NCBI GenBank assembly: GCA_030324005.1
Contig: JARDVH010000073.1
Location: 88,161,495 to 88,225,494, forward strand
Source of the DNA: Negaprion brevirostris
Taxonomy: Eukaryota
DNA: 64,000 nucleotides
Direction: 5' to 3'
Shown here in pieces: positions 41,875 through 54,480 of the stretch (position 1 is the stretch's first letter; every line of letters starts with the position of its first letter). The notes beneath the pieces are model-generated. The model saw nothing but the letters and a program-made list of their open reading frames with translations, ran no database searches and was not told where the DNA came from. A program made the position numbers and the translations under genes.

Positions 41875-42612
41875 ATCTAATAAAATGACATTTGATTAGA
41901 GTTAATGGGCGTCACCCACTTCCAGCAAGAAACAACACATCAACACAAGTAGTCAACGAAAAACAAAGTGTACATTTGTGTTAGAATTATATTGAGATAG
42001 TAATACATCAATTAGTGGGAATAAAATGGTATTTTGAAAAATTATAAAGATAAAACAGTTTGCAAAATCTGCAGTTTATTAGGTTTCAATTGTGGTTTAA
42101 AAAATCTGCTATTGCAAAATAAAACTGCTCATGTTGCAGTGTCTCATGCTACATATCATCATGTTCCACTTCCTCTCTGAAACATTCCCACAATGTGAAA
42201 TTGAACAAAGACGAAATGGATATTAAAAGTAACAATCTAATAATATCAAAAAACAGCAGCTTTAATTCCCCACATGGCAAATAAATTCAGCTAAGCCATC
42301 AAGGGGACTATCGGGGCAGATGGTGAGGTGAGACATGGGTAAGGAAAAAAGAAATAGATGTATGAAAAGTTATACTAGGTATTCCTGCATATCACTTAGT
42401 GGTCAGCAGCACTGACAAGACAACTGTCCAACTTCAAGGGAACGGTATCTGCCAGGTGACGTTACTTAAAGACATAGTACTGTATACAGAGCAACTTGAC
42501 TTCCTTCAAATCATCAAAAACATAATTTGCAAATCTCACAAGTAGAAGAGGCCTTGATAATATGCCAAATTGAATAATACTGTTTAAGTGAAATCCTTCT
42601 TTCAAAGTTTAT

Positions 42613-43333
42613 GGGGGTAGTTCTCCCACCCTGCTGTGCTGCTTTTGTAGCACAGAGGGTTGGGAGATTCTGGCGGAGGCCACCTGCTGGGTGCCAAAGT
42701 CTCCGTGTGTCTCCAGCAGCCGGATTTCCGGCACAGAGCTGCATAAATTATGTTAATACTAATTTACATGTATTTTAAATATGATTAGCAGGCCCTGGAC
42801 TGAAATTTCAGGGCCCGCTAGCCTCTCTCCACCCACCCCCCTCAACACCAGGAGTGGTTAACCCGAGCAGGTTTTAGTATAGCTCCCCACCTATGGGGAG
42901 CTGGCGGCCTGATCCTGCTAGAGTGAAGAAGGGGAAATCAAGGCCCCTCCATAAGGTCAGGCTCCAAGAGAAGTGTCCCTGGGCACTGCCACCTTGGCAG
43001 CACCAGCCTGGGTTCCTGGCACAGTTCAACAAGCAAAGTACCAATGCCCAGGGGGTGAGGGTTTCATAGGTCGCAGGGTTGGCCTGTGATGGAGCTGGCC
43101 AATGATCAGCAGACCAGTAATGTGGGGCTACTGCGCATCCGCCAATCTAGGCGCTGCCAGATCAGCATATGCGCAGTGGCCCGCTCAGTGCTATGCCTCT
43201 TCAGCAGGAATAGCCTCTACCCACTGATTTTCAACAGTGCACAGAGTGTGGGAGATCCAGGAAAAAGCCAGGGTGATTTACTCCAATCTTTACACAAATT
43301 CGATACTTCAAATTTTTTTGGGAGAATCGTCCA
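42613..43333 (+). mobile_element. GC-rich non-autonomous element with short terminal inverted repeats
   Basis: Ends are GGGGTAGTTCTCCC and GGGAGAATCGTCC. Related pieces are at 9859-10284 and 12918-13352. Confidence 0.6.
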
Positions 43334-44902
43334 CTATATTTCCATATTGATGTTTTACACTTTGATCCCGTTTATTAATAACCGGCCTAACGCAATGTTA
43401 CAATTGCTTTTAAAACGAATCTTCTTACAACAGCATCACTTCAATCTTATGCTCTCTGAAAAACATCAAGAGCATCAAAATAAACTGTTCTGGCACAACT
43501 GTCGTTGTACAAACTTTTTAAAAATCTTTTAGACTTTTGTTTCAAAAGCTTCACCTATTCCCAGCAAGAACACAACATCTCATCTCAAGTAGCCAACAAA
43601 AAAAAAGTGTATTTTTTTTTCACTACTAAAAGCTTTTGTAAAGACTAGCAGAGCAGTCACAGGTTTGTTTTTATTGCTTGGAACCAGTGATAAACAATTC
43701 AACTCACAAACATGGGGTTACTTTATGAAACAAATAAAGCAAGGGGCAACCTACATAATGTAATTTTTTATGCTTACTCAATTTCTTTGAATCAAGCAAC
43801 CTACTACACATCGTTTTCCCGTAGCATTTTCTAATTTCCTTATTAATGACTTTTTGGTAGTTATATTCCCTTTATGTAAAATAAGAATAAAAATTCCTTG
43901 GTTGTGGATTTTGGTGAAAAACAAGAGCTGTTGCTGAAAAGGAGGTGATGTGGCTGAAGCTTTTCATCTTGCACTCATCTGCACAAACNNNNNNNNNNAC
44001 AACAATGCTGAATCTTAAATAATCACAACAATTTATACTATAGGGGAAAGGGTGATGATTGGTTGGTAAGTCGACTGATTGGCCAAGGCACTGCCATAGA
44101 GAAAGCAACAGGGAAACAAGCTTCCGGGAAATTCAAAAAAGGTGCAAAGCTTGAACATTTTCCTTTTATTTGCAGATGAATGTATGTCACTTCTCGCAAG
44201 CATAAAGAAGTACATTACGAACTTAATTATCTTAAATTGCTTGTTATGATAGCAATTGGTTCAATCAAGATTGTTCAGTAAGTGCTGCCCAATCATAGAA
44301 TCACATCTAACTGTAGACATTTTGTTTTCATTTTTGCAAGCTTAGACAAGTTGATACAGTCTGAACTTTGCCTATTACTGAAGGAACATACTATTTGATT
44401 CAATCAGACATTCGCCAGGATATAAGATCAACATACCTGGCATCACACTGGCACAGAAATTTCGAGTGTTATTCAATTGTGTGGTAAACAGGACTCCTTT
44501 TGTACTGACAACAGCAACCTGTTCATACGCATGTAACTGCTGCATAGTAGCAGCGTTAAACAGCTTTTTGAGTGGGTTTTTTTTCCACTGACAGATGCTG
44601 CACCAGTCTAAAAGGACACTCTTCCTCTCACAAAATCTTCTGGATGCAGACTGGCCTTAGCAATCACCTACGTGTCCACTGGGATGCTACCAAATACCAC
44701 ATGATCATCTTCACTTTGAAGAACAAACAAGAGATTGTGAGCGAACCTGGGACACAGTACGGCATTGGTTTAAGGCAGTGGCACACACCACCTTCTCGAG
44801 GGTAATTAGGGATGGGCAATAAATGCCACCACGCCAGCAATACTCATTAATCTATTGTGAGGACCATATGCACCTTGCAGATGTCTGATATACTTAAAAG
44901 GG

Positions 44903-45215
44903 TGCATCACATGGTAGCACAGTGGTTAGCACTGCTACCTCGCAGTGTCAGGGACCTGGGTTCGAATCCCAGCTTGGGTCACTATCTGTGTGTAATCTGC
45001 ACATTCTCTCCATCTCTGCATGGATTTCCTCCAGGCGCTCCAGTTTCCTCCCAACAGTCCAAAAGACGCACTGGTTAAGTACACCGGCCATGCTAAATTC
45101 TCCCTCAGTGTACCCGAACAGGTGCCAGAGTGTGGCGACTAGGGAATTTTCACAGTAACTTCNNNNNNNNNNNNNNNNNNNNNNNNNNNNNACCTGTGAC
45201 ACTGATAAATAAACT
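44903..45215 (+). mobile_element. tRNA-SINE with an HE1-like head and a different 3' tail
   Basis: HE1-type 5' half, then ggaattttcacagtaacttc...cctgtgacactgataaataaa. The same tail is at about 60280-60340. Confidence 0.75.
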
Positions 45216-46306
45216 TTAATTAATTAGAACTAAAGTCCAAGGCCTGGATTTTCAAGTTCATAACCACAACTCCTCATCCCAAGACTGACCAAATAGTTTC
45301 AAGTTTGACATAGTATATAGACTGAGTAAAAGACTGCTTCTGATTATTGGTGACTAACTTCTGCCAGGAAATAAGTATACATGAATAATAGGTAAGGAAC
45401 CAGTTTGGTGATGGTGCATCCACAAAGGTTAAAAAGTCACTACCACCAACATGTGTCTGCATTACTCCCATTTTCATTGTGAAATAGAGGAGAAAGAAAT
45501 ATCAGAATGACAAATATTCTGATATTTGTCAGAATATCAGAATATTCTGTTTTTTGTCCTGTGGTTTCCTAAATATTTATTTAGGAAACCACAGGACAAA
45601 AAACATGATTTCAACAATGGTTCAGCATTTGCTCCTAAAGTAATGGGGGATTGAATGCTGTTGCCATTTTTGAGGTGTAAATCGACCAGATATTTCTGGC
45701 AGGAAGTGAATAGCAAATCACCATAAATTGCTGGGCAATTTATGCCGATCCACCATGAGCATCACAAAACATTCTTAATCTCTATGAATTTCATGAAGTT
45801 GCTGCACGTGGTATTAAACGTGGTATTAAAGTTTATGGCCAGCCCTGAAGAACATAAGTAATTTTTTAATGTGGAGATTTATTTTACTGCAATGTCAACT
45901 ATCACTCCAGCTCAAAAAGGAAACTAAACTGTGGAGTTTCATTCCTACATTAGATTTTTTTAAAACTTACAATTTACTTTTTAAGTTGTCTTACGTTTTC
46001 CTTTCCACTTCTTTATTCACTCTCTTTTTAAAAAGTCCTCTAATTTATCTCTATGCACTTTGATTCTAATTCAACCACTCTAATCAATTTTCCTCTATCA
46101 TTTGCTCTGTAGCTTTCTCAATCCTAAATCTCATTGAAAATGCTTCATCCAAATGGAGTGGCAAAAATGTAACTACCCAAGCACACTACGACATGCTCTG
46201 CTCCAGAAAAATCTGAGTCAATGGGTTAGAGACTACCGAAGAGAGTGGGGGAAGTTCCTAGGTGAAATGTTAACAGCAACCTTCCCCAGCAGAGCAACTC
46301 CATCAC

Positions 46307-46494
46307 GGTACAGTAGCATAGTGGTTAGCACCGCTACTTCACAGCTCCAGGGACCTGAGTTCAATTCCCAGCTCGGGTCACTGTCTGTGTGGAGTTTGCA
46401 CATTCTCATGTCTGCGAGGGTTTCCTCCAGGTGCTCTGGTTTCCTCCCACAGTCCAAAGATGTGCGGGTTAGGTTGATTGGCCATGCTAAAATT
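46307..46494 (+). mobile_element. HE1-like SINE 5' half, running into a gap
   Basis: gtggttagcaccgctacttcacagctccagggacctgagttcaattccc. Confidence 0.8.
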
Positions 46495-46594
46495 NNNNNN
46501 NNNNNNNNNNNNNNNNNNNNNNNNNNNNNNNNNNNNNNNNNNNNNNNNNNNNNNNNNNNNNNNNNNNNNNNNNNNNNNNNNNNNNNNNNNNNNN

Positions 46595-46950
46595 TTTGAA
46601 ATTTCTTCACAACCTTCATATCCTTCCTAAAATGTGACGACCAGAACTGGACGCAATATTCTACTTCTGGCCTAACCATAATTTTATAAGATTCAGCATA
46701 ACTTCCCAGCTTTTGTACTCCACCTCTATGTATATGCTTTGCTAACCACTCTCTAAATATGTCCTCCTGCCTTCAAAGATCAATGCATATGCACCCCGAG
46801 GTTCTTCTGTTCCTGCACATTCTTTGGAACTGTGCAATTAAACCAATGTTGTCTCTTCCTAACCTTTCTGCAAAATGCATCATCTTATACTTCTCTGCAT
46901 TGAAATTCAACTACCACTTATCTGTCCATTTTGCTAATCTAGGTCTTGTT
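46595..46950 (-). mobile_element. Decayed CR1 fragment
   Basis: MVRPEVEYCVQFWS. Confidence 0.75.
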
Positions 46951-47959
46951 TCACTCAGTTATCATCCTCACTAACTGGTGTCCACATTAAGTTACACAAT
47001 CCTGTTAAAACACTGTCTCTCTAATGAGGGATTTTCAGTCTTCACATCTGAAGGTCTAGTCTCTGAATTCCCTCCAAAGGCCACCCAACCCAGATGATTT
47101 CAATGACTGCTCACCACCTGATCACTTAATCTCCTCTCCTGAGACTATGTACACTGGCTTCACGAGGTTTCACTCAAGCACTAACTCACAGGCAGAACCC
47201 TCGCTCTTCAGCCACATTGAGCAGAACACCTTCGCACCAATGGCCCTCAGCACATTGTCATCAGTCTTCTGCTGTCTTTCCAGCTGAACAGGGCTTTTCC
47301 CAAGCCCTCACCACCTGGAGCATGCTGACAGCAGTAATTTTGCTGCATCAGGCCTCTTCTTGCTTTTCTACCAGCGGTTTCCTTCCCTATTGGTTCCTAC
47401 TGGTAGTCTGCTTTCCCAGTGATCAATCTCTGGGTTCAGCCTCTCTTGGTTCTCTGGTTGAGTTCCCCCTCTCAGACCTGGGACTTTGCATGTTATGACT
47501 CTCAAAACTGGATCCCGTTATCTTTTCACGCAGGAAAACTACCCAATCCCCGCAGCTGTCTGAGGAATGGTGAAAACCGAGCACGCGCGATGTGTCACCT
47601 GCCGTGGTCCAAGTGTCTGCACTCATGGATCTACCGGGAACTGGAGTCCCCAGTCTCCACCTGGAACAAGGTAAGTTCACATTTCATTACATTTAAAAAG
47701 ATCATTTTACATTCCATTTCTAACTACGTATTCTCTCTCTCAATCAATTTCTTTCCCTTCCTTCATATTTCTCTTCCTGTGTCTGACGTGACACTGAATT
47801 CACCCACTTTAATTTACATGTTCATTTCAATTATTTCATAATCCTTAAGTCTGATTGGTTGGACTAGTGCCGCTTGCCCTGTTTGCCTTGTGCAAAATTA
47901 GCAGATCTCATTCTTTCAGCACTTGTGATGGAAAAAATGCAAAACCTAAACAAATCTAG

Positions 47960-48635
47960 TTGATGGCAACGGGGACAAAGTAGAAAGGATCGAGAGCTTC
48001 AAGTTTTTAGGTGTCCAGATCACCAACAATGTGTCCTGGTTCCCCCCATGCAGAGACTTTAGTTAAGAAAGCCCACTAATGCCTCTACTTTCTCAGAAGA
48101 CCAAGGAAATTTGACATGTCAGCTACAACTCTCACCAACTTTTACAGATGCACCATAGAAAGCATTCTTTCCAGTTGTATCACAGCTTGGTATGGCTCCT
48201 GCTTTGCCCAAGACCACAAGAAATTACAAAAGGTTGCGAATGTAGCCCAATCCATCATGCAAACCAGCCTCCCATCCACTGATTCCGTCTACACTTTCCA
48301 CTGCCTCGGCAAAGCAGCCAGCGTAATTAAGGACCCCATGCACCCTGGACATTCTCTCTTCCACCTTCTTCCATCAGGAAAAAGATACAAAAGTTTGAGG
48401 TCACATACCAACCAACTCAAGAACAGCTTCTTTCCTGCTGCCATCAGGCTTCTGAGTAGGTCTAGCTCGCACTAAGTTGATCTTTCTCAACATCCTAGCT
48501 ATGACTATAAGACTACATTCTGCACTCTCTCATTTCCTTCTCTATGAACAGTATGCTTTGTCTGTATAGTGCGCAAGAAACAATACTTCTCACTGTATGC
48601 TAATACATGTTACCATAATAACTCAAATCAAATGC
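47960..48635 (+). mobile_element. Rex1/Babar-clade LINE 3' end
   Basis: FKFLGV..., LTNFYRCTIESILSSCITAWYG, HPGHSLFHLLPSGKRY...NSFFPAAIRLL, and a (TCAAA) tail. Confidence 0.85.
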
Positions 48636-49289
48636 TACAATGAAATATAGCTGAGCACGAACAGAAAATTTTCTAAATTGCATGAGTTTGTAATCCAATG
48701 ACATGATACTTAATTAGGCAATTTGTAAGATATGGCACGGCTTGTTTCAGCATTATGTTAACTCAATTTTGATTTTTATATGTACTACAATACAAATCAA
48801 GAGCATATGGTCTTCAAGACAAAGGTTCATCTTGTTTGCCTGCTACAGGCCAGGTAGCTGCATAATAGAATAATAGTGTTAATTAATTGCAACAATGAAT
48901 CCCTATTAAACAATCTGCAACAGGCCCAGACGTGGGCTTTTTGCAGACTTCTATGGTGAAACACTTTGGGAACCATGGAGCCAAAAGTTACCCTTTTTCT
49001 CCCAAGCATGCCACATTTAAGGAATTCATGTTTCAAATTACTCAGCATATCCCAAAATATTATTTTCTAAGATAAACCCAATTTGCATTTGAAGGAATCA
49101 ATACCATCTACTTCTACTGCCTACCTAGAAAACATATTCAACAAATTTGCTATTAATTCACTGAAATTCTCCACAGGCTAGATTTGAATTTACCCCATTG
49201 AAGTGCAAACCACATCCTCTGGTTGTACAGTTCTTCGAGAAAGTGAAACAGCTTGCCATGATCGACATTATAGTTGCTTGAAAAGAGAC

Positions 49290-49487
49290 ATAGCGAAGCT
49301 TTTCATCTTGCACACATCGGATATTTCACAAGAACATCAGGAGAAGGGGAAAACAACATCTTGCACTGCAAAGAGCAGAATGCTGATTGACAAGGGACAC
49401 TTGTCATACAGCATAAATTCTTGTTTTCCCCTTGCACTGGTACTCTTGAAGCGTCCTGATGGAGTGCAAGATGAAAAACTTTGACAG
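49290..49487. repeat. Short inverted-repeat element; related copy at about 43955-44190
   Basis: gaagcttttcatcttgcac...atc pairs with gat...gtgcaagatgaaaaacttt. Confidence 0.6.
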
Positions 49488-51084
49488 GTCTACATTTAGA
49501 ATCCTAAACAAAGAGCAATCATATCCCCAGTCAACCTCCTCTTTTCTCCAGAGATCATGGTTAATTTATATAATTGGTCCAATCCCTGCGTAAGTTTAGC
49601 TGCTCTCTACTGCACAATATCAAGAGCTGCAATATATTTTGTCACCTATAATAACCAAAACTGTACACAGTATTCTAAGGGCAATTACACTAATTATTTA
49701 CAAAGTGAAAGATTACCTCGCCACTTCAGCTCAAAATTGTCTGTTTCATACATTCCAATTATCACTAAGATTGCATTCAACTGTTCAGAATTGTATTCAT
49801 GTAACAGCAAAGTTGTTCTTACATTTAACACACAGTGCCTTTTCTGAAAATCATGTTAAATTTAAACAAAAATTCAGAAAATGGACATTCTGACAACGTC
49901 TTACGGTTTTCTTAAATATAGATATGGCATCAACAAGAGAGCTATTGGATTTACAAACAACTCAGCAAATGAAAGAAAGATTTTTCAAAACACAGTAAGC
50001 TGAAAACACACCCCTTTAATGGTAAACCTACTGGTTCTTCTAAATGTAGATTCATTTTACTCTAAGTAATAAACCAGAAAAAGATCATAATTACCTGACT
50101 TCATTATTCACATTGACTCTTCAAAAAAGCTTGAGATGGCATTTGGCAGACTGACTAAACATTGCATTTCTTACTTCAGCAGGTTAAGTGTTAATGTTAC
50201 ATCCCAAAAAACATCATCAAATCTACTGTAGTTGGGAGTGCTTGACTGAAACATGAGAAAACAATAATGCAGATGGTCTTTTAAAAGCTATTCTGTTTGT
50301 GTATATGGCTGCACCTGAGTCACAAATTGTAATTGGTTCCTGCTCCAGGAACACCTGCGCTTTTTTTTGACTTTTTATTTAGCTTGGAGCATTTTTAAAT
50401 TAAACTACAATAAAAATATAATTATTGCTCTTATAACTTCTACAGGCAGACATTATTATATTCACATCCCACATATTCCAAAAAACAATTTTAAAATGTA
50501 CTTCACATTCTAAGAGGAATGACAGATTAATCTACCTAAACAAAACTGCAAATTACACACTCCTCAGATACAAGAATCTGGTTTTGGATATGGTATCACA
50601 GTAAATTGTGAGCCAGGTACTTCATTACACAAGTGTCTGGTAACGACTATATCAAACAATAACGTCAGGTCAGATCACCTAGATCTTCAATAGCACCACA
50701 TCAATACTCAAGGGTCAACCTTGACCAATGGCTTAAGAGGATAAGACATAAATCAACACAATGGCTACAATTCAAGGCAGACTGCAGGATTTCTGGCAAA
50801 TGAATGAGTTGAATCATGAACTCCAGGTCATTTCCTGACCTCTAGCTTCTACAAGATAAGGGTCTAACAATAGTTGACAGTTCGATCCCCGAGTTTCAGG
50901 AAGAGTGCCCCAAAAATGCACGAGACTTGGCTTCTCAGTGGTGAGAAAATCAGCTCATTGGCTGCCGAACCACACTAAAAATGTGCAAGTCTCAAAATTC
51001 TCAATGATGAGCAAATTAACTCATTACCTACAGAATAGCAGGTGCCAAAACTTGGAATAAACCGGGTGAAGAATAGCAAGGAGC

Positions 51085-52790
51085 CAGGGACCTCCTAGAA
51101 GGCAAAAACCTACCAGTTTCATCAGGAATGGGAAAGTGATTTTTTTTTAAATGAATGTCAAAGACAAAACCCATTTGTCTCATTTATCAACAGAGTGTAG
51201 CCTTGAGTAAAATTAGTAATTTGGAACGGCATAAAAGACAATGCATGCAGAATTTCAAGAAAATTTTCCTTTCAACGGCACAGTTTGGACAAAGAAAGTT
51301 AGGGACTTAAAGCAAATTTTGAAAACCCAAAGGCCCCTCTTTTCAAAATTTGTGGCTAAAATCAAGGCTAGCAGAGGCATCTTTTCAAATTAGTCACCTG
51401 CTGGCGAAACATAAGAAATTATTCATCGATATTGAAGTGATCAAGGAATCCATGATGGCTGCTGCTGTCACCTTGTTCAAAGACTTTAAAAACAAAGATG
51501 AAATAATGACAGCCATAAACAGCATGCCGTTTGGCGCTTTAACAGTAGCCAGAAAGTAGATTTGTTGTTCAAGGATGTGTCTCAGTATGTACACCAAGAC
51601 TTATCAGGCTGTGACTGTTTCTCACTGCAGTTTGATGAATCAATAATCATGACAGTTACAGAAGCCCAGTGATTGCTTTCGTTCGCATGGTATTCAAAGA
51701 CACAACAACAAAGGAGGGCTTTCTCACTCAAAGATAGGACAAGAGGCGAGAAGGGTGTCTTCATCGAATTCAAAAGGTATGTGACCAAGAAAAACATTCC
51801 GATCAGGAAACTAGTTTCAATCATAACCAATGGCGCACCACCAATGCAGACTTTGTAGCACTTAACAGAAATGATCCTGAATTCCCCTCCTTTCACAATA
51901 GCGAACGAGGTTATTGACATTCCTCGTAATGAAAGCTGTTGTCAAGATTGCGAGCTCAATTCATGCCAGAGCTCCGTAACATCACTTGTTCAAATCATTA
52001 CTCAATAAGCTTGATGCCACCTCAGGTGAGTTAATCCTTTATGCAGATGTGAGGTGATTAAGCCAAGGAAAAGTCCTCCAGAAATGTTTTGATCTGCTCT
52101 CTGAAATTGTCACCTTCTTGTTGCTGTCAGATGCATGGTTGCTAGACTTGGCATTTCTTATGAGTGTAAGTGCAAAATTGAATGAGTTGAATCATGAACT
52201 CCAGGAAGGAACAGAAACTTGTCACACAAGATCAGTGCAGTGAATGCACTCAAGTTGAAACTAGGCCTTTGGTCCTCCTCGTTAAAGATCAAAAATGCAG
52301 AGCACTTCTCAAATCTGGAGAAAATCTGACAGTAGGTCAAACAGAAAGGCTTCCATCTAAACAAATTCTGTAACCACCTAAACAATTTGGAAAATGAATT
52401 CAACAAATGAACTCAGGAGATAGGAAAGATGGAACAAATTTTTATGTTTGTCACAAATCCTTTTCTTCAAGTGGACATTGGAGAACTGATAGCGAAGTTT
52501 CAGCAGATGTTTGAACAAAGCAGTGTACTTGACCATGCAAAATGACAGAGATGAAAGCTAGGTCAAGGGACAAAGACTTCTGGGGACTTGTAAACAGAGA
52601 GAAGCACCCTCTTCTGACATTCTGAGCGCTCTATATACTTTGGTTCTATATACCTCTTGTGAGATGGCTTTTTCTCAGACAAAAATCATCAAGTCCTAAT
52701 ATCACACACATCTCACAGATGCCCACGTGGTGGACTGTATGAGACTGGCCATCTCAAAGTAGAGCCCAGACTTCACCGCACTCAGATTGT
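51085..52790 (+). mobile_element. Fossil hAT transposase (Charlie/SPIN/GTF2IRD2-like), multiply disrupted
   Basis: Fragments in order: FHQEWE, ALSKISNLERH, ASFQISHLLAKHKK, SLQFDES, ITNGAP, VR*LSQGKVL, WLLDLAFL, LNHELQ, FS.TKIIKS..LTD. Confidence 0.85.
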
Positions 52791-52821
52791 GTGACACCAC
52801 TGTAAGAAAAGGGCAGTTCAG

Positions 52822-53095
52822 AGCCAGGGTCCCGGGTTCAAAACCCGACTGGGGTCACTGTCTGTGTGGTCTGCACATTCTCACCCCACCCCGTCTGCAT
52901 GGGTTTCCATCGGGTGCTCCAGTTTCCTCCCACACTCCAAAGATGTGAAGGTTAGATAGACTGGCTATGCTAAATTGCTCTTTAGTGTCAGGGGGACTAG
53001 CTAGGGTTATGGGGATAGGGCCTGGGTGGGTTTGTGGTCGGTGCAGACTTGATGGGCTGAATGGCCTCCTTCTGCAATGTAGGGTTTCTATGATT
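52822..53095 (+). mobile_element. HE1-like SINE, 5' truncated
   Basis: agggtcccgggttcaaa...gggtgctccagtttcctcccacactccaaag...ttctatgat. Confidence 0.8.
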
Positions 53096-53169
53096 TTATG
53101 ATGAGTGTTATGCAGGGGGTACATTTTTGGGGATTTTAGTTAAGTTTTTTTAAGAGTAGACCCTGTGCT

Positions 53170-54480
53170 GAATTTAGATCCTAAAAGTGACCTTATCCTT
53201 AAAAATCATGGAGACCACTGCAATAGACAGACTAGCGACCGCAACCTACAGGTCAGTTCTAACTTCTGCTGCCTTTCCACATCCAGTCATGAACGAAGGT
53301 GGACAATGAAACAAATGAATGAAGGTGGTTCCACAAATATCCCTATCCTCAATGACAGAGGAGACCAACGTCAATGCAAAAGACAGGCCACAGTATTTCC
53401 AACCATCTTCAGATCAACTTGCCGAGTGGATGATCCATTTCACTTGCCTCCCAAGTTCCCTGGCATCAGAGATGTCAATCTTCAGCCAATCGTTCCATGT
53501 GGTATCAAGAAACATCTGACGGCACTGAATACAACAAAGGCTACGGGGATCTGGTAACAACCCAGCAGTGCTCCAGAGCTAAGGTAAAAGTAAAATACTG
53601 CAAATGTTGGAATCTGAAACAAAAACAGAAAATGCAAGAAAATCTCTCCAGGTCTAACAGCTTCTGCATAGAGAGAGAAGTCAGAGCTCTGGTGCTCCAG
53701 AACTAGCTGCGCCCTCAGCCAAGATATTCCGGTACAGATACAAAACTAGCATCTACCCAACAATGTGAAAATTGTTCAGGCATGCCCTGTCCTCAAAAAG
53801 GACAAAACCACTCTAGCCAATCAGCACCCCATCAGTCTACTCTTGATAAATAGCAAAGTGGTGGAAGGTATTTTCAACAGTGCTATCAAGTGGCACTAAG
53901 GAACACAGAACTTCAGAGCAGGAATCAGCCATTCGGCCCTTTCAGCCTGCTCTGCCATTTATTAAGATCATGGCCCGTTGTGGTCTCAACTTCACGTTCC
54001 TATCCATAACCCTTGACTCACTTGTGTATCAAAAATCTGTCTAACTCTGCCTAAAATAAATTCAATGACCCAGCCATCACTGCTTTCTGGAATAGAGAAT
54101 TTTACATACCAATGACCCTCAAAACAAACATCTCCTTATCTCTATCAAAAAAGATCTCTATTCTTAAACTGCATTCCCTTACACAGTAGTAACCTGCTCA
54201 CCAACACTCAGTTTGGGTTCCGCAAGGACCACTTGGCTCCTAACCTCATTACAGCCTTGGACTAAACATGGACTAAAGAACTGAACTCCAGAGGTGAGGA
54301 GAGTGACTGCCTTTGACATCATTTGATCAAGTGTAACAGCGAGGAGCTCTCACAAAATGAAGTGGACGGTAATCAGAGTGGAAAACCTTCCACCAATTGG
54401 AGTCATACCTAGCACAAAGGAACATGGTTGTGGTTGTTGACCAACCATCCAAGCCTGAGGACATCATTGCAGACACTCCT
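53170..54480 (+). mobile_element. Decayed CR1/L2-superfamily RT fragment, interrupted by other repeats at about 53580-53690 and 53900-54180
   Basis: KKHLTALNTTKATG, ELAAP, PISLL, QFGFRKDH and related motifs in colinear order. Confidence 0.7.
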
